From positions 76,324,001-76,388,000 of the forward strand of contig NC_087437.1 of NCBI RefSeq assembly GCF_036321535.1: a DNA stretch of 64,000 nt, given 5' to 3'. This DNA comes from Camelus dromedarius. Lineage: Eukaryota. Of the stretch, positions 41,960 through 53,675 are shown one piece after another. A program made the position numbers and the translations under genes. The notes under the pieces were generated by a model. It saw nothing but the letters and a program-made list of their open reading frames with translations, did not search any database and was not told where the DNA came from. Positions within the stretch are counted from its first letter, which is position 1, and every line of letters begins with the position of its first letter.

Positions 41960-42075
41960 GGCACTCTTTGACAGTTAGCCTCTTATAGGGTGGTCCAGCT
42001 GGAGAGTGCTGTGAAATAACTGTCAATTGCATGGAATCCTTCATAAGCTGACCTGATGCTGATGTCACAATGGCT
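41960..42075 (-). promoter_or_regulatory. Candidate proximal CCDC54 promoter (CRE-like, MYB-like, nuclear-receptor half site)
   Basis: TGACATCA (42060-42067, - strand), AGGTCA (42049-42054, - strand), inverted pair TTGACAGTTA 41968-41977 / TAACTGTCAA 42017-42026. Confidence 0.45.
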
Positions 42076-42094
42076 GCTGGCTTAGAATACATTT

Positions 42095-43448
42095 AACCTT
42101 TCAAAATTTTTGGTCACAGGACTCTTTTTCACTAGTAAAAATTGAGGACTCCAGAACTTTTGTTTATGTGAGTTATATCAATTGATAATCCATAATAGAA
42201 ATTAAAACTAAGGAAGATTTAAGATATTGATTTATTTAAAAAACCCATTACATGTTAACATAAATGACATATTGTTATGAAAAAATACTTTTCCAAAAGA
42301 AAAAAATAGTGAAAAGAGTGTCATTATTTATATATTTGCAAATGTTTTAAATACCTGGATTAATAGAAGACACCTGGATTGTCATATCTGCTTCTGCATT
42401 GTATCTGTTGTGATTTGTTGTTTTGTTTGAAGTATATGAAGAAAATATGGCCTCATAGAGCTATGTAAATGGAGAGAGTATTTTAATGGCCATTTCAGAT
42501 AACTGAGGCTTGCTTTCTCTGCTACTCGACCAATGATAATTGATTAGAAGTTAAGTGCAATATATAATCTTAAACCAGGTTAATATCGTTACATTACAAT
42601 TCACAGATCTATCTTCCATTTTGTATAGATATTTAATATCATGCATTGGTCATTTGGAAAATAATGATTCACTGAAATGCACATCTTCCAAATGGTAATT
42701 CATCTTATTATGTAATATCAAAAATATCATGTTCATTAATATCACCACCAATCTCACCAGAAAAGTCTTTGAGTATTGGGAAGAGGCCAAGCCCAAGGTG
42801 GCAGATAAAATTTTCCAAAATTCTAACTTTATCTTGAAAAGCTGGAAATGTATTAAGCTTGTTAGTTATTTTCCTTAAAGTGACATGCTCCCTACATACA
42901 TTAAAAAATTTTTTTTTGCAAAAATGCTTGCCAAATACCCAAATATGAAAACCATAGTTTTCTGCCAGTTTTTTTTCAAGTGAAAATGATGTTCCATGAA
43001 AAAAGCAGCTACTTTAGTTTGTAACTCAGATAGGTCCTTTTCCTGGAGACAACTATGATACTTCTGTAAGCAGCAGAAGTGCTTTATGTGTAGTTCTCAT
43101 TATGTCACGCTTAGTATTAAAAAGAGCTACTGAACGTGGAGATTTAATAAAAATTTTTTTTTTACTGCTTAATCAAGGACATTCTAGAGCTAAGACTGGC
43201 TTTTTCTTGTATGCATTCTTTTTTTTTTTTTCTCTGAATCAGTGGGGGTGAAAAATACAATCACTGTTGGTACAGTTAAGTGCCATTGCCTTGGCTTGTG
43301 CTAAGGTATCAGTTTTACCCACCGTTGCTCTTGCAATGCAATTTGGAAAATGCAAATATCAACACAGTGAAGAAGATAGTGTTCTAATACTATTTTGAAA
43401 TACTTTTGCCCTCATGGTCCATTGTATGCCACACTTTGAGAACCACTG
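42095..43448. mobile_element. Charlie1-type hAT DNA transposon
   Basis: 'aatttttggtcacaggactc...aaaattgaggactccagaacttttgtttatgtg' start, 'ccacactttgagaaccactg' terminus. Confidence 0.8.
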
Positions 43449-43944
43449 CCTTAAAGTTTTAAAATGACATCATACATTTTTCATGTTTCTTCTTAAGATT
43501 TTTCTGAACAATAGTATGTGAAATCCAAATCCTTTGAAATATTAAATATTTTGTCTGTTTTGTATATTGGGAAATGCCAGTCAAGGGACAGTCTCACTCT
43601 ATTGAAGAGGATATTCCTTCTTGGATCAGTACCAGTTCCAGTCCTCTACTAAATCACTCTTTCTCCTATTTACGCCTAATTGCAGGGCCAACTTAGGCCT
43701 AGGTTTTGGTATAAACTCCGAATTTAGGTAAAAGTAATTTAAGAATTTTGTCTCATCAATGATATCTGGGATTTTTCTTTACTGTCCTATCTTTGAATCC
43801 CTGTTTAGTAACCTTTCCAAAACTTCTAGAAGCCTTTCCAAACTCTTGCTGAGAAAAAATGTTCTCCAGGAGGCAGACTATCACAGAAATGGTATTTAGA
43901 GCCAGAAAAGGTAGCGTTCAAAGCTGTCCCATTTACTTTGGCCA

Positions 43945-44210
43945 AGGCCATTCTATCCATCAAGCACTACAGACACAGTGCTTAGGGCCTATGAAATTTC
44001 AAGGGCCAATAAAAATAAATATTTGAGATTGGAAAGAAAAGCAAATGGTCTCAGAATACTAAAAGCTGCAAGATTGAAACAATAAATGTTTAATTAAATG
44101 TCTCCGAAGTGTACTATTATATCATCTTCATTAATTGTTAAATTTAGTGTTAAAATTTCATTACATTTGGAGGCAATTTGTAGATTAGGTATTCTTGCTT
44201 TACAGAAATT
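43945..44210. mobile_element. hAT-Tip100-like transposon fragment
   Basis: 'ggccattctatcca...cacagtgcttagggcctatga' resembles Tip100-family termini. Confidence 0.35.
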
Positions 44211-45599
44211 CCCAATTAAATTAGAAGGATTGCTTGTAGCAATTACTCTCTCTGGGTTAATAACAGGTAACTGTTACTGAGAGTATACCAGACATTGTTC
44301 TAAATATTAGCTTATTAAACTGAAATCCAGAGAAGTCAAGTAATTTTCCTGCTAAAAAAATGGATAGTCAAATTTCAGATCCATACGTTCTGGCTCCAGG
44401 GTCCATTTTTTCCCCCTACTGCCACACATACAAACATGACCAAAATATGCATTTGTCAACTCAGAAACAGATAATTTCATTTTTTTAGAAAAAAAAATCA
44501 CACTATATACAAAAAAAACTTATTTTGATTAAATTTTTTAGAAGTATGAAAAAACTAAAGGTTTATTTGGTTATTTATCAAAGCAATTTGATGTATTAAT
44601 TTGTGAAGACTTCAGAAATTGAATGATCTCTAATTCAAGTAGGTAAAAATTAACATTTAGAGGCTATTTTTGCCTTGTAGTGAAAGTATAACAACTATAA
44701 TGAAAAATGACAGACTTAAACATTTTCAACTAAGAATATTCATGAATACTGATTATTTTTCTAAAACAAAAATTAATCTGGTAGGTTTGATGCAGACATA
44801 AATTTATGTGAGTTTCTAGTTATTTCTGTAAAAATGTTAATGAAAGGAGCCTCAGTCTATTTGGGGCTTGTTGGACAGTGAAAAGCTGTATTGGGGGTAA
44901 GCCTTTTGATTTCCATGATGTTGTGAGAGTAGTCAGCACGTGAATGAATAATGAGAAATGAGCTGACTCCCTCTCTTCCAGTTCCTGCCAGGGGTATGGA
45001 GCCATTTAGGATGAAAATAACACTGCAGAATGGAGCCTAGCCACTGACTCTTACCAGGGAAATATGTCCTCCAGGAGACAGGCTTTTTCAGTAATGGTAT
45101 TTGGAGCCAGAAAGATTATAGTTCAAGGTTCTCCCATTTACTAACTCTGTGCTGTTAGGTTTCTAACTTCTCATGAGGCTGTAAAATGGGATAATAACAG
45201 CACCTATTTCATAGAATGGTTTTGAGGATTAAAGTGCTCAATATCTGTAAACCCTTTTCCTACTCCTCATTGACCATTTTCTAACTCTCCTTTCAAATGA
45301 AAGAAGAAATAGTTAAGAGTTTTAAACTTTAGTTCTGCTCTCCCTCTCTTACTCTGCTTTTCATTCCCCTATTTGAACAAAGAGGCCTTACTACCATCAT
45401 ATGACCAAGACATAAAGCATGTGATGCTCACTGTTCAAAATCTACAGATGCAGGTAAAGCATTTGGATTAGAAGAACACTATAATGAAATGAAACTTGCT
45501 AATGACAATTTACTTTTTCACTATAAAATTGTGTGGTGCCTTTCTGGGATCCCCTCCAATCAAACTTCTACTCATCCTTTAGGAGACATCCAGGTAATG

Positions 45600-45850
45600 C
45601 TTTCCTTGTCCTGTCCTATTCTGATTCTCCATGTATTCTTACCAGCACTACTGACATGTTCTGAGTCCCTACCCAGCAGCGATTGGCGTACTGTATTGTC
45701 ACTGGTGTGCCTACCTCCCCTCTAGACTGGGCACTCCTTGAGGGGCGAGACTTGTTTTTCAACTCTACACCTCCAGTGTCACAAAGCTTAACATATAATT
45801 GGTGCTCAGTACATTTTCCCTCAGTGAATGAATGAATAAATAAATGAACA
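45600..45850 (+). mobile_element. L2 3' end
   Basis: 'ctagactgggcactccttgaggggcgagacttg...ggtgctcagtacat...gaatgaatgaat'. Confidence 0.7.
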
Positions 45851-48800
45851 CATGCATACACTTGTGGATGATTGTTAAGGTATACGTTAGGTCTCTCCTG
45901 AGCTTATTTCTGTGGGTGGCTAGGGAACATATTGCTTGCTTCATAAAGGGAATCTATGGGATAACTCTTGTCAGTTCCTGAGGGATCATTTAGCATTTTG
46001 GGACAGGGATTTAATAATTGCTTCCCTAAAGACCTGAAGCAGTTAAGTGGCAGGAGAGGTAAACTGAGATCAGGTAGATGGAGGTAATGAACCTGGAAAA
46101 AGCTATGGCATGGAGAAGAGAGAGCCCAGCAAATGATGGGAGCAGCACTGGTATTAATGGCACTGATCCTAGGGGTGACTAAGGTAGCCAGCATACTCCC
46201 CCTCTGTGGCATATTAAGTTTTTCAGGCCTCCAGGGAACCACAGGTAATCAGTGTATTCTCCAAGCCCCTGCGGGAATGCCTGCAAATGCATTTGTCATC
46301 ATCGTGGGTACTCAGGCACTTATCTCTTTATTCATGTCATCTTATACTCTGAACTCCAAATTTACAATGAACTCTCTCCAGCTTATCTAGACATACTCTT
46401 CACCATTTAGTTCCAGAACCCTGGGGGCACATTAGTATTTTATGTAATCTCTCCTCCCTGTCATCTTCCTCTAGTTCTTTCTGTTATGCTTGACTCTCTC
46501 TGGTAATATATTATATAAGGTTGCTTAGTGTCTGTAATTCTCAACCTCACCTCTTGGTTTTCCTTCTCTGATATTACCTTTAAAACTCTGCTCCCTTTAG
46601 CTTATGATTGACACTCTTTTTGTAGTGCTTTGTAAGTCCTGATGTGCACAATTGATGTAGCCATAAAAATAAATGACTCAAAAAAGGAAGAGAAAACAAA
46701 AGAGAAGTGTTTTTGCTTAACCATTCACCTTCCTTTAATGGAACTGGTGAATAAATTCAGTGAGTTAGTCTTTAAACATCTCTGTTTCACTGAATTTATA
46801 TAATTTAGCAGGTCTTTTTGAAAATCATTATCTGATAAGTACAGCCCAGTGTTAACTTTCTGTCTTGTTCCTGCATTGCTGTGTACTTCATTTAGGGAAC
46901 CCCCAAAGTTAAAACATATGGAATACATAGTGATCACATAGAAAATAAAATAGAGATTTAAAATGTGAGCAAATCTGGAAGTCATAAAGTGAAAACTGAA
47001 GAATGATAGTTTTCTCACTTTGAGTTATGAGTATTGTGTAGTTTGCAGCCTTGTCTTATTTGGGTCTGTTAATATATTAGTACAGCCCTATTTTAATAAA
47101 AAAAACAACAACTCTGTTTTAGTGTTTTAGTGTTCAGTTATAATGATGCTTTATAGTACTTTGGATTACAACATCCAAGGACCTATCTTCTTTTTAAGTT
47201 TAAAGTTTGAAAGATTATAATATGAAAGATTGCACTGTCTTTCCTTAGTAGTACTCACCTTGAAAGACATCTCTTATTATGGGATTTTATGTTTCTGAGG
47301 GAATTTGCAACAATGTCTCTGTGAAGTAATATGTATTTATCCCTTGGCTCTGTTTCCTTCTATCTGCACTCTGTCTGTCTTGGGCATATCACGTCCCATT
47401 CTGTTTTACTCATCTGTAGAGTGAGAACAGCAACAATGCCATGTGCTGACACTGAAGGACTGTCATAAGGGTTAACATGAAAATTTCTGTCACATCCAAT
47501 TTTTTTAGCTTATATAATACCTCTTATTCAAGAACCCCAAACTATTATTATTATGCACTGTTTCTGCAGTGTTTTTTCTTTAGGAGTTTGATTTTTAGAA
47601 TCATTTCCTTTCTCTGTTTAAAGCTATCTGCCTCCTTTCTCCTGCACTGGTTTGGATTACGAATATCTTATTTAACTTTCCAAATGTGTTCTTTCTCCTT
47701 ACACACTCTGATTACACGCAAAACAGAAAATGCCCAAAGGCAATCATAAACTAAAGTTTTTTCACTTCCTTCTCTACCTAGGCTTTTACAACTATGATCT
47801 AAAGGAAAAAGAATTTAGTGATTGTTTTAAATATTTGTCGAAGGCTCTCCACCCCACCCCTGGCCCCGCCCCATCAAGAAACAGTGTGCTGCAGGTATTT
47901 CTGGTATGCCAAAAGCCAACTAGAGTATAAAAGGTATTTAGTAATGTTTAAATATAAGATTGAGGGGTTTTTTTGGGGGGGAGGGGGCATTTCTTTCTGG
48001 AAATTTGAGGTCCCTTTCTGGTGGTCTGAATGTAATGTAAGTATCAAATGACAGAAATGGAGAGTGACAAGACAGTTTTATTCACATATTTCAATAATTT
48101 TCAGCTTCAGCTTTTGGCACTTATGGCTATGATTCTCACTGTGACTTGTGAGAATTAATTACCACTCATTCTATTTAGGTACCAGTTTCTCCTCCATGAT
48201 GTAGTATAAAAATGATAGCAAGCTGGCTTAAGCCCTCAGGCAATTTCCATATTAAAATAGGTAAAAATCTTTATGATAACCTCCACTGGACTTTCAATTT
48301 AAATTTTTCCATGGCACTCAAAGAGAAAAAAGAAGATGTTTCTGGAAATCACATTGTTGTTAGAAATTAGAGCTGAAATAAAATGGATGCCCAGGCTCAA
48401 AACTGTTATAATTGAAAAAGTGACATAACTGCTTAAAACCTAGTAAAACAGGAGATCTTAAACTTTTTTGGCTCCAGTATTGCTTTAAAAATCCTGTGAA
48501 AGCTTCACATGCTTCCGTAGGAAACAGTATGTACATAAAATTTTTCACGTAATTTTCGGTGGTTCAGCGACCTCCCTCTTCTCCTCTGCCCCCGCAGGCA
48601 TTTATGGGTAGTATAAACGGTACCTCAGGTTAAAATTCCTGACAGTAAGAGTAGGATTATTCTGGCTCCAGTATCTGTTTTGTGGGTGTTTTGCTTCTAA
48701 GGGGTGTGGTAGTTTTTAGGTAGTTTGGCCCCAGAACTTGGAACATGTGAAGTGTTAAGAGTGAAGGCCATTGATTATTGGGGGTCAAAGGAGGGGAGGA

Positions 48801-49049
48801 CCGTGGAATGCAGTGGCTTGGGAATGGTTCCAGGGAGAGCCTTTAAGGGTAGGTGAGATCTGGGCTGATGAAAGTAAGAAGAGTCTTCCAGGCTATGTAT
48901 ACCATGAAGGCAGGGGCTCTGGTTTGTTCTTCACTGGTGTCTGCTTTATCCCCCTAGGCTTTCAATAAATATTTACATAGTGCTATGTGCCTCATTTCTA
49001 CTGAGAAGCATGAGTCAAGGAAAGTGGCATCAACCCAGGGCTGGAGTTC

Positions 49050-49576
49050 TGTTAAGGACCCTTTCCAGTTGGGCCCCAACAAGGGTCCTCCTGCCCTGTG
49101 TCTTTTGATCCAATAGAATAAGATCAAGTTGGTTCAGAAGCAAAGGAAAGCTGCTGCTCTGGTCACAGACTGGCGAGGTGGGGGCTCCTGCTCTAGAGCA
49201 GACGCTCTCCCCAACCAGAGGCCGTGGGCGGGGCTGCTGTGTAGGGATCTTGTTAGCAGGGAGGGGCGCGGTGCTCTCCCGGTGCAGGTCAAAGTGCCTG
49301 CGCAGCGTCTCCGCACGTGGCCCGCCGCCGCCATCTTGAATTGCAGTGTCGTGTGCCGGCTTCTGCACACAGCCCGCCGGGCTGAGGTGTCCGCGCAGCC
49401 GTTTCACAGAAGGAACCCTAGTATGATGTGCTGGGTGCGAGGCCTCTGCACGCGGCGCCCTGTGAGCAAGTGAAATTAGACAAACCACAAAGGAAAGAAA
49501 AAAGGTTAGACTTTATTTTATTACCCAGATTGCATTTTTATTCCCCAGGCATTGTTAATGGGCTTTGCTGGTGACA
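49050..49576 (-). promoter_or_regulatory. ERV 3' LTR forming a CpG-island-like element
   Basis: TG...CA termini; aligns with 53698-54253; 25 CpG by manual count; YY1 GCCGCCATCTTG 49327-49338, E-box CACGTG 49314-49319, GC box 49226-49233, NRF1-like 49294-49304. Confidence 0.85.
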
Positions 49577-49597
49577 AACCCCTCCTCTGGCTTTTGT
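49577..49597 (-). other. Retroviral polypurine tract
   Basis: - strand AAAAGCCAGAGGAGGGGTT immediately before the 3' LTR start TGTCACC. Confidence 0.85.
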
Positions 49598-49779
49598 CCT
49601 GCTCCTCATTCTTGAGGGGCTCTGAGGGTGCAGGTCTGTCTGCTGTAACTGCTTCCTGCCGAGGCTGGGCATCGTCAAAACCCCGGGAGGAGGAGCGGGA
49701 CTTCTCCCAGCTGCCTTTAGATGCGTTTGCTTGTCCTCAGGCCTCAGCCCTGACTGTTGGCATCCCTGAGCCACCACCA

Positions 49780-49858
49780 TTTGTCTAACCTTTCAGAGAA
49801 GAAGGACACCAGATAATTTAAGATACATGGCTCGAATAACAAGAGAATAATGGTCACA
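49780..49858 (-). pseudogene. env: env TM C-terminal remnant
   Basis: Translates VTIILLLFEPCILNYLVSFFSERLDK, matching the gammaretroviral LLFGPCILNRLVQFV motif. Confidence 0.75.
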
Positions 49859-50004
49859 TGTCAAATTTTTCCTAAAAATGCAAGTATCTGGTCTTTGGCC
49901 TGTAGGCACAGGTGTTTCCTGATGCTGAGGCTCACTGCTGTGGTGTGAATACCTGGTCACATGTTTGTTGCTTTTGGAAGAGAAGCTTCGGGACAGAGAA
50001 GGGT

Positions 50005-50700
50005 TCAAAATGTTGTCTACATACTACAGACCTAAAAGATGTATATATATATATAGAAAGAGAAATGTATATATAAAGATATGTGTGTATCTTTTAGGTC
50101 TTTAGTTAGTTTCCCCCAAAGATGGTGCAGGAATTTTTGAACCCTTGGGGCAGGACTGTCTGGCAGAACTGTTGTTTTTGTTGAATGTTTGTTTGAATGT
50201 CTGGACACTCAAACGCCAAAATTTCTTGTGACTCTGGGACTAATGGAATACAGAAGAAGGTATCTTTTAAATCTAACACAGATTACCAGGTTTTAGTAGA
50301 TGGTAGGGTGGCCAGCAGGGTGTAGGGATTAGAGACTACTGGATGTATATCCCAGGTGGCTTCACTGACTGCCCTGAGCCCTGTACCATCTGGTATTCCC
50401 CATTGGGTTTCTTTACAGGGAGAAAGAGGGGATTACCGGCTGGCTGGTATGGTCTGATAAGGCCCTGGCCAATTAGGCCTGTATAACAGGGGCAATACCC
50501 AACAAGGCCTCCCGAGGGAGAGGATATTGTTTTCTGTTGGGCCATTACGTCCAGGTTTTAGATGGACTATCCCAGGACTGGCTCCTACAACTTGTCCCCC
50601 TTGTCCATGATTTACTCGAGATTTGCTCCAGGGATAACAACTTGCTCTGTCCAGGGAGGTTTTTCCTCAGCCATTAACATTATCACCTTGGCCCCTTTGT
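50005..50700 (-). pseudogene. pol: pol (reverse transcriptase N-terminal half), disrupted
   Basis: Motifs LPVKKPNGEYQMVQ, NPYTLL, VLDLKDTFFCIPL, VLPQGFKNS, and *YVDN (decayed QYVDD); frameshifts and stops. Confidence 0.9.
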
Positions 50701-51054
50701 CTAAGGGGATGCCAGTCTCCAATTTGTTTCTTATTAGGTGGATAGTAGCCCCCAATTTATGTAAGATATCTCTTCCTAGTAGAGATATAGGGCATTCGGG
50801 GACATAAGGAAGGAATGGGAGAGCATATGTTCACTCAGTTTAAATTCTGATGGCTCTATGAATGCCTGTTCTTGGCCCTTCCCTGATAGCCCCATAATTT
50901 TACACCTCTTGTGATTGAGTTTGCCTCAGTGTTCAGAACCAAGTAAGTGGCACCAGTGTCAACCAAGGGTTTGACAGGTTTGCCTCTATGTCCAGTGTCA
51001 GCCAGGTCTCCTCCAGGGTCAGTTGGAGTGCCAGCTTAGAAACCCCTGGCCCTG
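50700..51054 (-). pseudogene. pro: Retroviral protease, disrupted
   Basis: VDTGATYLVL active-site motif at about 50936-50965. Confidence 0.85.
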
Positions 51055-52330
51055 TCATTCGTCATCTCTTTGGACTAGCTGTCTTCGAGATCTGCCATTT
51101 CTGTCCTCCTTCGGGGGCAGCGAGGGCATTCTCTCTTCCAGTGTCCCTCTTATTTACATCTGGCTCACTGATTGGGTCCCAGTTTTTTTGGTTTGCTATC
51201 CCTTGGTGGGGGTCAGGGTTCAGTTACCAGAATGGAGGCTTTCTCTGGGCATTTAGTCCAGATTCCTGTGCTGAATGGTCTACACTGGAGGGCAACAGCC
51301 AGGAGGTGGGTTTGCCTCTGGGCCTTTTCAGCCTCTGACTTTTCCTCCTCCATATATTGGTTATTAAACACCCAGTAGGAAACCTCCACCAGGTGAGAGG
51401 TAGGGGTTTCTGGTTCTATGTCCAGGTTCTGATGTTCATGCCTAGTATTGGGGGAATTTTGGGAAATGAAATGCTACCTCCAGATTGCATTCCCTTCCAA
51501 TGACTCAGGGTCAGTGGTGGTAGATACAGAGGCATTCCCTGAGGTGCTCTAATGCTAAGGATTTTCTGTTGGCTTCTGATTGATTTCCTGTATCTTATTC
51601 CAGTTGACAGGTTTCTGTCCTGCTGTCTGGATTCTCTTTAGGATCATACTTTTATAACGGGGTCAGCCTCTGTCTTTCACCCCCTTCTCCATTGTCTAAC
51701 TGGTCCCAGTTGGGTTCGTTATCTAGGACTGCTTGATTCCCCAGTCTGAAAATAGCATAACCTGCATTGTTTCTGTTCTCTTTGTTTGCTTTTTCTTGGA
51801 ATTTTGAAAAGATTGTAGCCTTTTCTTCCCCTGTTAGAAGTACTTTGAGGAGGCTCTGGATGTCAGCCCGGGTGGGTTCCTGAGTCTGAAAGATTCTCTT
51901 AGTCAGATTCAGGTACCCCTCTGGATCTTCCCTCAACCCCTTACTGTGAGTGTTCCAGTTATACGGGTCAGAAGTGGTAAACGGGATGTGTACATGGATG
52001 GGCTTTCCTCCTCCATCGGGGACTTGCCTTAAAGGGAGTACTTTTCCTGGCAGGTTGTTGGACCCTGGCTGGTAATTAGTCCTACTTCTCGTAGTGGGCC
52101 CTCCGGCCCGTGGCCCAAATATAGGTATATTACCTCAGTCAGTGGGGGAGAACCCACATCCCTTTTGAAGGCCTTAGTTCTAATAGCAGGCCATAAAAAC
52201 CTGGACACAGGGGACTTCATCCCATTTCTTTTGTCTCTGGCATAGCAGTCCTCTTGTAAAATGGTGTTGTAATTTGGAGACCTGTTGATGGGCCATCTTT
52301 CCCTGCCTCCCAGCCAGCAGTGGGGCCAGG
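51055..52330 (-). pseudogene. gag: gag, disrupted
   Basis: MA-like WPINRSPNYNTILQ...KWDEVPCVQVF; CA-like PFTTSDPYNWN..LREDP; MHR-like NWNKIQEINQKPTENP; single zinc knuckle *ARCK*EGHWKRECP. Confidence 0.88.
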
Positions 52331-53675
52331 CTATCCAGCTACTAAGAGGGTGCTGGAGTGATTTGTTGGCAAACAAATGCCACAAGATTTGGCCCAAATA
52401 AGATTTCTCGTTTAGGAAATTTGGAGACAGCAGCAAACTGTTAATGAATTTCTGAAAAGACCAAAATAAGAGGCATCCAAATGGCATGGACTCTCATATA
52501 ACTGGGTGTCCCCCTTGAATTTGTAACAGCCTGTGCTTGGGATGATCCCTCCTCAGTTGGAATGTCCCACAGGAGTTTAGACAAGGCCAGAGCAGCTTAG
52601 CCTCGTTAGTTCCTGACCAACTTGGTCCCTTTAGGGGTGGCACAGCTGTCTGAGGCAGGGGTCTCCTCCTTCCTCCTTAGAGAAAAGGAGGAGTTTTTGG
52701 ACTTTGCACCTGGTAAGAGCTAAAAACACGTGAGATTCCCGTGGGGTACTCATCAGATCACTGAGACGGATGATACCTGTGCTGATACTGGAAGGAGAGC
52801 CCATGAAACCTCAGTCGATAAAGAATCAACCAAGATTCCCTCACAAGCAGAGAGGGGAGGAGAGGTCAGATCCTGGGTATTTCTTGTTCTTGCCAGCAGA
52901 TCACAGGGCTTCCCAATAATGAGGTTCCTGGACTTGTGAGCAGCTCACAGAGCTCCCCAGCCCACCTCAGAGACACTAGCACTGACTAGAAGAGGTCAAG
53001 CCACTGGTCACATATCTACATTGGGACCCTTTTGTATTTGGACGTCCCCAATACCTTTCCTTGAACTCAGATTGAGCATCCTCATTCTGTTTGTCAGGTG
53101 GTCCTTATTAACTGGTCTTTTCTAGACTTCACCTCTTCTCTCACAGGGCTGGCCACTTTCCTTTTACTAAACCAAAAGTGACTATGGAGAATGCTACTGT
53201 TGACCCCTGGAGGTCAGCAAGGAGGGCAAAAAGCCCTGTTGCGGCTACTACCACCTTATACAGGGGTCAAGAGGACAGCACTGCTGGACAGACAGCAGGC
53301 AAGATTGCTATGGCTCCCACTCATCCACAGGCATCTGGTACTACAGAGAAGGCAGCCAGAGGCAGGAGGCAGACGTGCGTGAGCCTCAGTCTTTGATCCC
53401 TAGCCATGCCACAATATGATCCCCTCAAGGGGGCGCAGTCCAGAAGAGTCTAGGGGCTACACAATGTGTGCACCACACCCAGGCATCAGGTTGCTGGGCA
53501 GAGTTGCTCTGAATTATGCCAAAGGCTGCCACCATTCTACCCCATCAGACTGTACTCAAAGATCAGAGTCAGTCATCCTCATGTGAACTTACCAAAGCCT
53601 CTACCATCCTCCCACTGGAGCTAGGGTGAGCCCAGAGCTCAGTGGATATAGGTCCAGGTGAAAATGCCATGGTCT

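Noticed and set aside
49030..49488. 152-aa (-) and 114-aa (+) ORFs; possible first exon of a housekeeping gene
   Set aside because: Essentially within the ERV 3' LTR; GC-rich stop-poor sequence explains the ORFs
49780..49858. Syncytin-like captured env
   Set aside because: Only about 26 codons of the TM tail survive; no SU, fusion peptide or immunosuppressive domain
51652..52487. gag-derived ORFs as a domesticated gene
   Set aside because: Multiple stops and frameshifts, including in the zinc knuckle; only short fragments are open
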